Positions 11,790 to 23,542 of a stretch of DNA of 64,000 nucleotides are shown here, one piece after another. Every line of letters starts with the position of its first letter. Within the stretch, counting starts at the first letter, position 1. Both the position numbers and the translations under genes were made by a program. A model generated the notes under the pieces. It searched no databases, was not told the origin of the DNA, and saw only the letters and a program-made list of their open reading frames with translations. Source of the DNA: Raillietiella orientalis (taxonomy: Eukaryota); assembly GCA_036172245.1 (NCBI GenBank), contig JAYWIR010000012.1, forward strand, positions 62,001 through 126,000, written 5' to 3'.

Positions 11790-12478
11790 CTCGCCGCAGC
11801 GTTGCTTCCCCTCAGAGAGCAGCTGAACAGCAGCATCACAGCGAAATGGGAAGTTAAGTTGACTAACTCCTGAACGGAGGAAGGCCGGAAGAGTGGAAGA
11901 CTGTTCCGCTCAGAGATGTCCATTATAACTTCCCATTTCGTCGCAATGCTGCTGCCCAGATGTTCCCTGAGAGAGACTAGCGCTGCGGCAGAGGTGATTC
12001 TTTATGTCCAGGAGCTATTTTCAGGGTCCTATAGGACCTCTCGAAGCATGCAGTTGTCGTTCCGGGCATCAGAAATCGAGAACTTCATGTTGCTCAGCTG
12101 CGGGACGGGCACGGAAGCAAACAGGACGGAGTGATCGTGCATGGTCCCCACACCCCTTGCCGCACTATAGCCTGCACTCAGAGCAAGCAGCGGCAGTCGC
12201 CAGCCGGCACAGTGCACTTGTTCTGCACCGTTGCCAGGAACGACCAAACCTCAAGGAGGCTCCAAGGAGAGCCAGTATGAGAAAGTTGGCAGTTCGGGAC
12301 TGCCGAGTGTGTGCACTCCGAAGAGGTAGCAAATCACCTCTATGTTGGGACACCTCGATGTTCCCCTTGAAGTGGGAGCACGAGGTGGCGTTTCTCCTAC
12401 ACTGGGGTTTCCAGGGCACCCAGAGCAGATACTTGGTTTCAGGAAGAGTTGCGTCTTCTAACTGCCTCAGGTGCGGGA
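11790..12478 (+). mobile_element. Degenerate Tx1-like ORF2 C-terminal fragments
   Basis: 11790-11860 matches 51720-51780(-) and 46960-47015; FPLKWEHEVAFLLHWG..NCLRCG at 12360-12478. Confidence 0.65.
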
Positions 12479-12717
12479 GGTCTCCAAGATCACCTGACTG
12501 TACTGAGAGCCGTCTTTACACTTGTATGTGCGTATTCGTTATCTTCAAATAATTTGTAGACTCTTCTTTAGGGTCATAGGCATTAAAATGCTAGGAAATG
12601 TCTGCATGCTGTGGATGGAATTACCGTGCTCACACCATTGAGCATACATTTCGCCCAACATTTTTCTTTCTGTCCGTAACAAGACTTCAAAGAATCTTCA
12701 ATATCTTCCTCTTTTAG

Positions 12718-13699
12718 AAGGACGGTCATACGGTGTAGCGCGTTGGTATGCGAAGACTTTGCTGTCCATCTGCCCCGTGCAGATGCATGTCACCCTTGTC
12801 AATGCACCAGCTGTACTTTTGCATCACGCAGCTTCTGTCGTTTCAGTGGGCCAATTGCATCTCGTCAGGATACAACATACTGGCTGTCAGATCGGAGGAA
12901 ACCATCCTGTCGCACCTCCTGCTATGGCTGCTCCACGCACGTGGACGCTGGTCTTGATGCAGATTCCAACTGGGGACTACGCAGGTAAGAGAACAGTTAG
13001 ATTTCTCATAAGAGTCCATTCCACACCTGGCAACCCACCTATATTTGGGTGAGTTCGCCTTGTGGATGAGTGCACGGGTTAGTTGCAGCAATTCACCACA
13101 CGTTTATACTTGTCCTTTGCGAACTCGTATACCATTCGACACTCGTCGAAATCGTGTGTTTAATTTGGTTTCTAGCTCCCAGTGGATGCCTGCAGTTCTT
13201 CACGGGACTCACTGGAACTTTGACATCTTTTGCGTGGACGGGCGCTGCTGGTTCTGTTCTTGTGAATAATCTGGATTACCAAATATGCATTCGACAGGAA
13301 ATGGGACGCAGAGTGCTGTGCTTGATCCCTACCCTTCTGCTTGCGAACACGGGATTTTCAATAGACTCTGCTGTAATGACTTCCTTGTCGAACGGCGCTG
13401 CAGCGATGTGCATGGCTGACTTTTTCCAAATCACTTGCGGAGCCACTATGGCGAACGCAATGCTTTCAACCGCTCCCTGCACCCAGAATCGCTTTTGTGG
13501 CGCCGTTCTCAGTCCAGTGAGCGGAGCGATGCCACCTTCCATGCCAGTTTGCAGTGAGTTCCAATGTCCTTCCACGGCTTCCTTCCTCATATGCTTTCCA
13601 GCGCGTGTCCTGCCGTTCATGCTGCGAATTCGTACGAACAACGTTATTACCACCGCGGCCACGAACCGTGGATTCAACTTGAACTTCTCGCAGTTATGA
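12718..13699 (+). pseudogene. Truncated duplicate of the CUB-domain gene (no exon 1; in-frame internal deletion)
   Basis: The ORF reads GCQIGGNH-P-VAPPAMAAPRTW, fusing sequence from 25385 and ~26584 of copy B; 13070..13699 translates identically to 26747..27376. Confidence 0.85.
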
Positions 13700-15977
13700 A
13701 CTGAAATCTGCACACTTCCAGCTCTCTCGAAAAATTTTTAGTTACCCATTTTTCCCCAGGACTGCAGTGTGTTTAAAGTTGAGGAGAACATCTCCTTTGG
13801 TCTGCTCTACTCTCGTCGGTTACCCGACTGCGTACTCTTTTCTTCCTTCGAAACCCTGAAAATCGCATTCGAGGTTTCTTCAGGAACCTCATTCACCTGG
13901 AAGGTACGCTTGCCAAGTCTTCTTTATGAGCGAGCATGACCACTTCCCCATGCGTCCTCTCTCTCCGACATACGTTCCTCCTCCTACCGAAGATTTCCCA
14001 GTGTTGGACGAGGTTCTGGGGCGCAGCAACCGTGCAACACTTTTGCGGTTTCCCCCCTAACAGAAAGGGTGGATGAAGAACAAATCCGAGGTTTACCTGC
14101 AGAGTTCGTGTTGAATTCCTTGACGTTCTCTCCAAAATATATTCCCTTCCACTCCGATTTGACGAAATTGCAAAGAGTTTTTCCCTTCTAATTGAGCATT
14201 CATGTGTTCAAATTTTGTTTTGCTGCATCCTCACCATCCCAGCAACGGCTCAATCAATTTTAAAAGCTGACGGGGTATAAGCCGACCGGTACCGGTTGGT
14301 TATTCCGAGATAACTGCTGAAATTAGTGACGCCAACGGGTTCGACGGGGAAGCGGGAGAGAAATCTTTACGTAGCAGAGGAAATACCTTTCTTCAGTCAC
14401 TTCCATCAGGCACCTAGGTACCACCTCGGGCGCCTCCACGCATAAGTTAACGCGACCGCACCGTCACCGGCACAACGGTTCGTGGAAGGTGTCCGACAAA
14501 AACGATGCCGACGGTCCGTCGTGTCTGATCGTTGGTTCTTCTATGCTACCAAACCTCCCATCACCATTGACCCTTTTTGTATGTATGTCAGCTGTAGTTG
14601 AATGCGCAGTGTCGTTTGCACGAAACGCATGTTGCCAGTCATCGTCTAAGACCGTGTGGAAGCACAAGGAGCAGCTTCTTTGAATCCCATACGGGGAAGG
14701 GTCAACGCAAACACGAATGTTTCGTCGTTGAGGTTTTGCATTCGGGTAAAAGCACCGAATAGGCTGGTCGACCCATTCGGAGGTGGCACCGAAACAAAAC
14801 ATGTGTACCTGATTGATTGTCCGGGGTTCCTCAGGGAATCAAATTCCACAAATCAAGAAATTGGGTACACCACCAAATACAGAAATAAACCACTGCGGCC
14901 GATGGGCACGAAACCCACTAACGCATGCTATGGCGGCCAACAGCCAAAGTACCCATAAACAAAGCGCATCAGCCCTCGTTCCCTTACCATTACCGAAGTC
15001 CTTAATACCCCAAATACAGACTTGCGTCTCCGTCGGTTGAAGGTGAATGCTGCTCGTTGAGAGAACTCCGTATTGAAGGGAACAAGAAGCGGTTCCTTTC
15101 CAACTTCAATCCGGAGAAGAAATAGAATGTTTCTCCCTATGGAGTTTCCATTACGACAAGATAAGGAAATGGATTCCTTTCAAAAATCTTTCCAAACAAC
15201 TGACCAAAGCGGACACTCATTAGTGGTGCCCGTTCTCTAGTCAGGAAGTGGCTCTTCCACGGAATCCCCTATCTTTAACATTTACCCACACCCAGCAAAA
15301 GGTGTCCAACTGCATAATGGTGCTCCGTGAGCCATCAGGCGGATGCCGCTTTTCCAGGTATTTGGCGAACTAAAAAAAAGAAAACTGGAGACAAAAAAAG
15401 AAGTCGTAAAAACAGAACCGAAGACACAAAAATCAACCAAAGCATCATCCTTCTTCTATGGACTTTTTTTGGGGTTTCCACGGGATCAACAGCCAGCAAC
15501 GCAACTATGAAATGAAGGGTCCTCCACTTTAGATTAGTCTTTCTATAAAAGGGCAGCACACGCCGATGGGTGCCTTCAGTGCAGACTTCAACAAAAGGCG
15601 ATTTTCTCGGACGACATTTTTCATGTACGATACGCAGGATCCACTCAAATCACGGCACTGGGGTTTCCGGGACAACCGCGGAGACCTGTTGGACTGACCG
15701 CGGAGACCTCCAGGAACTTTGGCGCAGACTGGCCTCAGAGCGCCTGAATCCTAAGGATACGTCCATTGGTTCGCCGAGACAACTCCATGCCAAAAAAGGA
15801 TTCACTACAATCACCGTGACCTCGACGGCATGTTTGTATCATGCGCAGTCTGCCATTCTCCGGAGATTGGGGGGCAGCGAAGGGATGGCATCTGCATGGT
15901 AGCCGCCTTCATGAGGGCCTGCCAGATGGCATCACCAGGAAGAAGGAAACAGGAAGGACATCACCGGCATCTCACGC

Positions 15978-16048
15978 CCGCGTCGGAGGCTTTGTGGTTA
16001 AGGCTTCCGCGCGTGGCACCATGCGTCACGGGTTCGAATACTTCGGCA
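15978..16048 (+). promoter_or_regulatory. tRNA-derived head (Pol III A/B-box-like) at the LINE 5' end
   Basis: CCGCGTCGGAGGCTTTGTGGTTAAGGC...CGCGTGGCACC...CGGGTTCGAATAC; aligns with the heads at 9731, 33351, 36857(-) and 39047. Confidence 0.65.
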
Positions 16049-16572
16049 GATAACTGATGCCACTGCATCGTTTGGGTTCCGAGTTTCTCCTGCAACGGCG
16101 CTGGTTGGCCGAGACATTCGGGCGTGGCCCCGGCGGTGGATAAAGCCGGCGCCTCCCGATTAATTTCGGAACAATGGGAGTCGACCTTCGGGTCCTCCCA
16201 GGAATAAAGGAGTGGGGAGTTCCCCCTCCAGTCGTGCAACGGAGAGAGGACCCCCCCACCGGGGGAACCCTTCGGTTTCAAGATGAAGCAGGAGCCCTCA
16301 CGGGCATTTACTTTAGTTGTTCAAAGGAACGGACCCCCCTGTTGGGGGGTCTCTCTGAGTCGTCGCCTCTTCACAGAGTGTGTACAAAGGAAAGAAGCTA
16401 AGCGAGAGCGATTCCCTGCGGGAAGCTGCAGCGCCCCTTCTGAGTTTCGGAAGCAACCCTGTGGGGGTTGTCTTCAGAGGAGTGAATACAGGAGCGGTTC
16501 CCTTGCGGGTTCCCTCCGGAGAAGAAATTCCTAGAAGCGGATCCTTTCCGGGTTCCCTTCGAAGAAGTTGAA

Positions 16573-17142
16573 ATGGAGAGGACCACCACCCCGCAAGGGG
16601 GGGTGTGTCCCTCCGGAGAGAATGAGGAAGGAGAGTTCCCTTTGGGGTTCCCCTTCGGAGACAACCAGGATGGAAAGGTAGGTGAAGAGCAAGAAGGCGA
16701 GAAGATGGAGGTAGCGCAGGAAGGCGCGGAAGAAGAAATAGCCGAAGCCACTCCGGTGTCGCAGGAGGCCCTGCAATCTACGGAGGAGCTGACATCACTG
16801 GCTAATGAAGTCATAGAGGTGCAGAGCGTTCTCCAGCAAGAGAAAATCTTGCAGAAGATCTGCAATGCACAGGAGAAGGTCAACCAGGTTGTGGAGGCCA
16901 CCGAGCGCGAGAAGCTAGAGGAACAGCTTCTCGACGTAAAGGCGAACTTCTGCGCCAAGGTCGAGATAGGGGCGCTATCTCGAAAATTGATCGCGCGGGC
17001 CGAACACTCGACGGAGGAGGCGGAAGTAACCGACCTCACCGGAACAGAGAGTGACGCCGGCAGCGAGAAGCCCGCTGCTTCTTCGTCGTCTGGAAGAGCA
17101 CGCTCTCTCAGACAGAAGAAGCTCAGGAAGGCCAAGAAATAG
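16573..17142 (+). CDS. Short acidic, coiled-coil-like ORF1 with a basic C-terminal tail
   Basis: 189-aa ATG ORF that is E/Q-rich with a heptad-like pattern, ends RARSLRQKKLRKAKK and stops 13 nt before the ORF2 ATG; no CCHC knuckle. Confidence 0.65.
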   Translation: MERTTTPQGGVCPSGENEEGEFPLGFPFGDNQDGKVGEEQEGEKMEVAQEGAEEEIAEATPVSQEALQSTEELTSLANEVIEVQSVLQQEKILQKICNAQEKVNQVVEATEREKLEEQLLDVKANFCAKVEIGALSRKLIARAEHSTEEAEVTDLTGTESDAGSEKPAASSSSGRARSLRQKKLRKAKK

Positions 17143-17155
17143 GTCTTCCCCTTTT

Positions 17156-20100
17156 ATGGCCTCTTCCCTATCGACCGCCAGGAGGCTGAACATCGCCTCT
17201 TGGAATGTAAACGGTGTGGTCGACCAGGGAAAAAGAAAAAGGATTGTGCGGACCATCGCACACCAAGACATAGTGTGCCTGCAGGAGACCCACAAGATGG
17301 GTCTCGAGATTAGTCAGCAAATGGAACGGCGATTCAACAGGCAGATGTTTGTCAGCAAGGGAAAATGGAACACGCAGGGTGTGGCGGTCCTAATAAAGAA
17401 CCACTTGGCCCTCACTATTCTGGAAGTGTTCTGTCCCCAACCCGGACGAATCATCAGCGTGCGACTGGCCTGGTCCACTACTGTTCACCTCATCCTGGTG
17501 AACGTGTACGGGCCTCACAGGCTGAAACATCGCTGTGCGGAGGCGCTGCATGCAGCACTCCCTGAAAAGGTCGCCCCCAAGGACGTCTTGATTGTTGCTG
17601 GCGATCTCAACATATTGGATGAGATCACCCATTCCCAAGACGCCAGAGGAAGGACGGCGTATCGGCGGCTATCCGACGACTTCGGACTGGTGTGGCGAAC
17701 AGCAAGTCACAAGCCGATCGATCACGTCCTCCACAGCACCGAACTAGGAAATCGCATTCAGGGTTTTCGAGACACATTGACCACTCTGTCCGATCACCCG
17801 TTGGTGCGGTTTTCCCTAAGAACGGAGAATCCTCGGCGGAGGCAAGGCACCAGGGCGGCGCTCATCAGCATGCCCGCCTGGTTTGAGACACATCCTGGAC
17901 ATCAGGAGGTCCTGGAGACGATTCTGAAGACCACAAAAATCAGAAGAGTCGCCGACTGGGACAGCTTGAAACACAGGATACACCTGTTTGCAAATATGCA
18001 ATTCGGGGATAGGCGCTTGAGGCAGGAGGCGTACCGAGAGCTGAACATCCAAGATCGCTCACTCTCAAAGTACTTCGATCGGTACGAGAGTCGGTACGTC
18101 TTCAACAACATAAAAGGGGAAGTCGGCGTGCTGGAGAAGAGAAATCTGGCAACAGATATCTTCTGCATCCAGTACGACAGTCAAAAGCGACAGTCGTCTG
18201 CGGACATCGTGGATGCCTTTCAAAGGCATTACACGAAACACTTTAGGCGACAACATCTCTGTCGCTTTAGTCAACAAGCCTTTCTGAGCTATCTCGAAAA
18301 GAGGACCGACGACCTCCAGCGGAACAGATTGGAGGAGGAATTCTCCGAAGACGAGGTGAAGACTTCTTTTGGACAACTGCGCAAGGATGTGGCGGCGGGC
18401 CCTGACAGTGTACCCATCACGCACAATCAGCGGTACCTGCATGCCTAGCTGCGCTTGTTACACCAGTTGACCCTCTGCATCCGTGAAGAAGGCAGACTAC
18501 CTGATTCCTTCTACGAGAGTAGGATGCGATTGTTGACGAAAGGAGGCGACCCAACCCAGATCGCTCAATGGAGGCCAATCTCAATCCTGAACTCCGATGC
18601 CAAGTGGTTGTCGAAGATCTGGTCCAACCGCTTAGGCAGGGTCATGTCGAAGCTCATCTCTCCGGTTCAAACGTGTGCAGTCCCTGGACGTCATATGTCG
18701 GACAATGTCAAGTGTGCCCAGGCCACCGTCGGACTCAGCCGATACGTCGGCGAGAACCTGGCGCTGGTGTTCACTGACATGGAGAAGGCTTTCGACTCCA
18801 TCGACCATGGGATGCTGCTGAAGGTTCTGGAGAAGTTAGGCCTTCCGGAACACTTCAGCAACTTCGTGAGGGTGGTACTCCAGAACCAATACTGCCGAAT
18901 CAAAATCAACGGCCTGGAGACGGCAGCAATCCGGATGGAACGGGGAGTCCGGCAGGGCGATTCGCTAAGTCCGATGCTGTTCGTCATCTACATGGAGGCG
19001 TTGTCGTCTTTTATAGAGAAGAGCGGACGACTGCAAGGCATAACAATCGATGGCCAGCGTCTTACCCATCTGGCATACGCTGATGATCTACTCTTCTTTA
19101 TCAAGGGAGAGAGAAATCAACGAGCGTTTCTGGATGTGGTAGACCTGATGGATCAAGGCCTGCGTCTAAAGATCAACGCCCAGAAAAGCCAGCTCTTGCC
19201 CGTTGGAATCCTCGATCTCTCCGCTCTAGCGGGGAGAGGATTCCAAACGGTGGACAAGGCCAAGTACCTGGGTGTCTACATTGGCGACGTTTCCGCGTCG
19301 AAGCTATTGTGGACCGAGATCCTAGGGAAAACGGCCAAGAAAGCAGCCAAGTACACCCGAACGGACCTTGGGATGAAGCGGAAGGCCAACATATGGAACG
19401 GAGTACTCCTTCCAGAAGTGCTCTTCGGGGCGGCCTTCGCGAGGATGAACAAGGACACCACGAGGGAGTTCGACATGCTGCAGAGAAAAACACTGTGGGG
19501 CAACTATCGCCCAAGAGTTCGACTAAAACCCCTGTGTCGTCCCAGGGAAGAAGGCGGTTCCGGGATGAAGTCGTTTGCACACTCCATAGAAATCATGGAT
19601 ACGCGACACATCCTGGACATTGCCACTCACTGGGATGACTGGCCGTATGCGGCGCACAGGGCCTACGCGTTGTTGTTGAACAACTCGAAAGGCCTGATGA
19701 CTGCGCTGCTAGGCCGAGCAGGCGAATGGATAAAAATCGACCCAACCTGGACGAGGAAGCAACGGCTGGTGCGAAAGCACAAAATCAAGATCGTGCCGAG
19801 AAGTAGGGAACTCTGTCAGGACGAGTCCATCCTGGTGATCCCTTGGATGCTTCCTCTCCCGCCGGACACGAGAAGCTGGATCCACCAGCGGTCCAGAGTT
19901 ACCCTTCAACGAATCCAGGAGTGGAAACGAGGAGGGTACCTACATCACACTCGTATACTTAGGTATATAGAGATGATGTTAGGAAGGTTTACCCACATGA
20001 GTCGCGAGGTATGGATCAACCACAACGACTTCGCGTGGTCCAGGGTATTCAAAACAAATCTCCGAAGATTAATTCGGGAAGAACACCGTGACATCAGTGC

Positions 20101-20674
20101 CCTCCAGGAAGCCGCCGATCGCTACAGAAGCGACCGGATCAACCTGCTAGCGATCGGCACGATGCTCTGGAGGAGTGACCTTCCGCCGGGCACCCAGGAT
20201 GACCTCCTGATGTTTTATCATGGAGGAATCCAGAGTGGGTCCCGATTGCAGTACTATACCGGAAGACGGGAAGATCGAGACTGCACGGCATGTGGAGACA
20301 ACGACACGAGACTTCACGTCTTGACGTGTCCCACATTGCTGCATGACTGGCTGATCCTGAAAAGGATCATCGGACTCACGAACAGATCCGTAATGGAGAT
20401 CCTCGCCGGGATGTTTCAGGGGGATGGTAATGTTCCCTGTTACAATCCCATGGTGAGGACGACCATCGCCCTCTTCATCACCGCCATACTTGTGCGGTGG
20501 TGGAAAATGAGGAAAGCCAGAAGAGCCGCACCACCGATGGAGATCCTACAAGGGCTCCTGAAGAGGGAAATCGGCATTATAAACTGTGGGAAAATCCAAG
20601 CCTGGACGTACCGATTCATCCTGAAGAGGATAGAAGACGACGCCCGGGACCGAACAGCAGGAAACCCACCATGA
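17156..20674 (+). CDS. LINE ORF2 APE endonuclease-reverse transcriptase with a single in-frame TAG at 18446-18448
   Basis: SWNVNG, CLQETH, AGDLN, IDH, SDH (APE); GPD, WRPISILNSDAK, DMEKAFD, GVRQGDSLSP, YADD, KYLG (RT); CTACGDNDTRLHVLTC. ORFs 17051..18448 and 18455..20674 are in the same frame. Confidence 0.93.
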
Positions 20675-22096
20675 GTGCAGAACTTGTGAACCCATGGACT
20701 TCAAAGTGGTAAAGACAGTGCAAATGGTATAAATGAGACTGTAGTGTGAATGTTTTTGTAGAAAAATTTTTGAAAAATAAATTTACCCCACCCCTTGTGG
20801 GACTTGGGGAAACCGGCATCTCACGCTGGTTCCAGAAAGCAGGAACGGCCATCACCTGTAATAACTGTCTTCATCCCTCCCTTTCTTTATACATTTATTT
20901 ATTCTATATTCCTCTCTCATTCGATTCGGAATTTCTTCGGTTTCTCTAGAAGCAAAGAGACAAACCAAAGACCCTCTTTCCTACCCCCTACGTTTGTTTA
21001 TTTATTTGTTGTCCCCTTTCTCTCGGTTGGTGACTTTTCCTAATCTCGACCCGCCTTTTTTGCTTAATGGTTTTGTCTCGGAAACCTCCCTGTCACTCAA
21101 CTCCTTGGTTTATTTATTTCTATGTTATATTGATGTATTCAAAATGAACATCGCTACGTCACCGGGTGAAAATTTGGAATTCTTGAGGGATTGGGCTCAC
21201 TTCCTATGATGTCCTCTTGGATGTGTACCGAAACAGTACGCATGTCGCAGTCTCTTACAGCTCGGCTGGCATTACAGATTTTGTCAGTTCGTGTTGACGA
21301 GCTCATCACAGCTGCAAGATGCTTGGAACTCAACCAATAGAAATTCCTTGTCAAGTGCAACACACGCAGCGTTCAAACAGATAGACACACCGGTGTGTCC
21401 GATCTTCTCCGAACTTGTGTTTCTTTGTTTATTTCCGCTTTTGTTTGTGTTGTTTTTACACAGCAAACGAGGAAACCATTAATATCATCTTGAAGACGAT
21501 GATGGAGGGAGAACTGTCCTTCTCTATCTCCCTTTCTTCCCCGAGAAGGCACTCCAGCTCTGCATCCTTCCTAGAGGATGCAGAAGTCCAAAATGACGGC
21601 GAAGGATGGCAGCCATGTTGTTTCAGAAAGTCTCACTCTACCGGCAGCCCCGCGTTAAATCAAAAGCGAATAGAAACTGCGGAATTAAGCGTATGGGGAC
21701 GGTCCCCTCCCATTTCTGCCTGTTGTTCGCCCCATGTACCCCACAAAATCATGAGAGAAATTTGCAGCACGACGAAACATCTGAAGATCGACGCGTCACC
21801 CACACGCCCGCTGGCGCTTGTTTTCGCCGCTTTGGGGAGTCATTGTGTTGTGGACGCCGGCCTCGCGCTCAGTATCAGGGGTCACCCCACAGGATGGACA
21901 CGCTTGCGCTACTCGTCAAGAACCTGGAGCAAGTCTTGAATTGCGTACAGGAAGGCAGGGCTGCGAGGGCGTTCCTGAATTCTGGGTTAGAATGGAAACC
22001 GAAACACTCTTGAACCAGCAGAAATCACATGAGATGACGGCTCCGAAAACCGAGTGCGGAGCAAAAGTTCTTTGGAAGGGGAAGGAGGAATGGAAA

Positions 22097-23542
22097 GCCC
22101 TCTGGGGAAACCGGATGCACCGCGTCCAGGTTAAAGACTTGTGCGCTCCACGGTGGGACGGCGTACTTGGTCTCCTGACGCTGGAGCGCATGGAGCGACA
22201 GCTCGAAGTAAGAAAGCTTGCCCTTTTGGCAAAATACTGGACAGCACTCTGGTGTGCACCGATACGGCTCCACGCCCACAGGGCAACCGGATTCTACGTG
22301 TTCACAACAATCCTAGTAGCCAACGACCGTATTCTGAACCATTGTGTTTTTAGCTAAGGGATCTAATTGTCCTGATGAGGGACAATCCGTGGATCTCCTG
22401 CATCCCAGCGAACTGGTCTATCTGCCTCCAGGATTCAGTTTCCACGTGGGCTAAAATCAGCGGCTTCAGCGGTGTGGACTTCTCCTGCCTGCACCGAGGC
22501 AGGTACGCTGGCCAGCCCCTGCAGGAGATCGTATCCAACTTACAAAACCTTCTGTGGGCTTCCTTTACCCCCCTTGCTCCCGTGCTGCCCTTCCTCAGAT
22601 AAGCCAGGCACAGCCAAGAGGAGGTATCGTAGGAAGTGTCCTACCTCATCGGAGGCAGGAAAAAACCAATAAAGGCGTGGACGTCCCGGGAGCTCGCGGA
22701 CGCTAGAACCCCGAATGTTACGCCGAAGGGACTTGTGCGCTGGGGCGAGCTGCTCGTTGTGCCTCCGGAGTAGGTGAAGTGGCCCCCAGCGTCTTGGGAG
22801 AACGGCACCCTTCCCCTGCAGTGGCAGGAGGAGGCGTTGCTTCTGCTCCATTGGGAACTTCTAAGCAGAACACGCCTGTCTCACTGTACCACAGGAAGCG
22901 TGGATGCCCATTTTGCAGAGTGCGGGGAAAAAGAGAGACTTTCCCTCACTTAATCATCGAGTGTGTTGCCCTCCTTCAGATGTGGGATCGACTCTCGTCC
23001 ATCCTGAACATTCCGGTGGGCGACCCCAAGAACATCTTTCAACACCTTCTTACGCGGGACGGCATGCCAGCCTTTGGGTGTGTAGCACTGCTCTGCTGCA
23101 TACGCGGGATCTTTGAGAAGTTAACCACAACTAGGAGAGGACGAAGAAGTCGGAATGTTATTCACTGGGCAACCATCTCGTTGGGAAATGCTTCCCGTGG
23201 GCGCCGACTTCGAAACCATATGCTGGCACTTGTTCGCTTCAAAAACCGGATGCAGAGGTATCCTCACGGCGCACCGTGATCCCTTTCCTTCCCTACCCTC
23301 CCGAAAAAACATTTTCCCCCCAGGCGTTTTTTCTTTTTTTGGTTTTTTTTGGTTTTTCCCGCCCTGGCGCCAGTGAAGTGGCCCTTACCAGCCTATGGGT
23401 CGGCATGGACAAGTGCCCCAATACAGTCGGAACGTATGTTCTTGTTCAAAATCAAAGGCGATAACGAAAAGAAAAGCCTTTATTATGGAATTTTTGAAGT
23501 AAAAATTTTAATAACAAAAGCCGCGGCTCACCCGGGTGAAAA
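22097..23542 (+). mobile_element. 5'-truncated Tx1-like insertion present only in duplication copy A
   Basis: KALWG..RVQVKDLCAPRWDG.LGLLTLER; CPFCRVRGKRETFPHLIIEC; ends CACCCGGGTGAAAA; absent from copy B at 30863-30961. Confidence 0.88.

Larger units (their letters stand above)
15978..20811 (+). mobile_element. Full-length L1/Tx1-like LINE with tRNA-like 5' head, flanked by a 15-bp TSD
   Basis: ACCGGCATCTCACGC at 15963-15977 and 20812-20826, single copy at the empty site 29579-29593; short ORF1, APE-RT-CX2C ORF2, AATAAA at 20776. Confidence 0.95.
15655..21172 (+). mobile_element. Older Tx1-like 3' fragment interrupted by the 15978-20811 LINE (uninterrupted paralog ~29270-29938)
   Basis: HWGF..DLQELWRRLASERL; its end resembles 7304-7350; terminal CACCGGGTGAAAA at ~21160-21172. 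Confidence 0.75.

Noticed and set aside
14282..14300. Near-palindrome CCGACCGGTACCGGTTGG (also 27959)
   Set aside because: It is short, and the second copy is explained by the segmental duplication.
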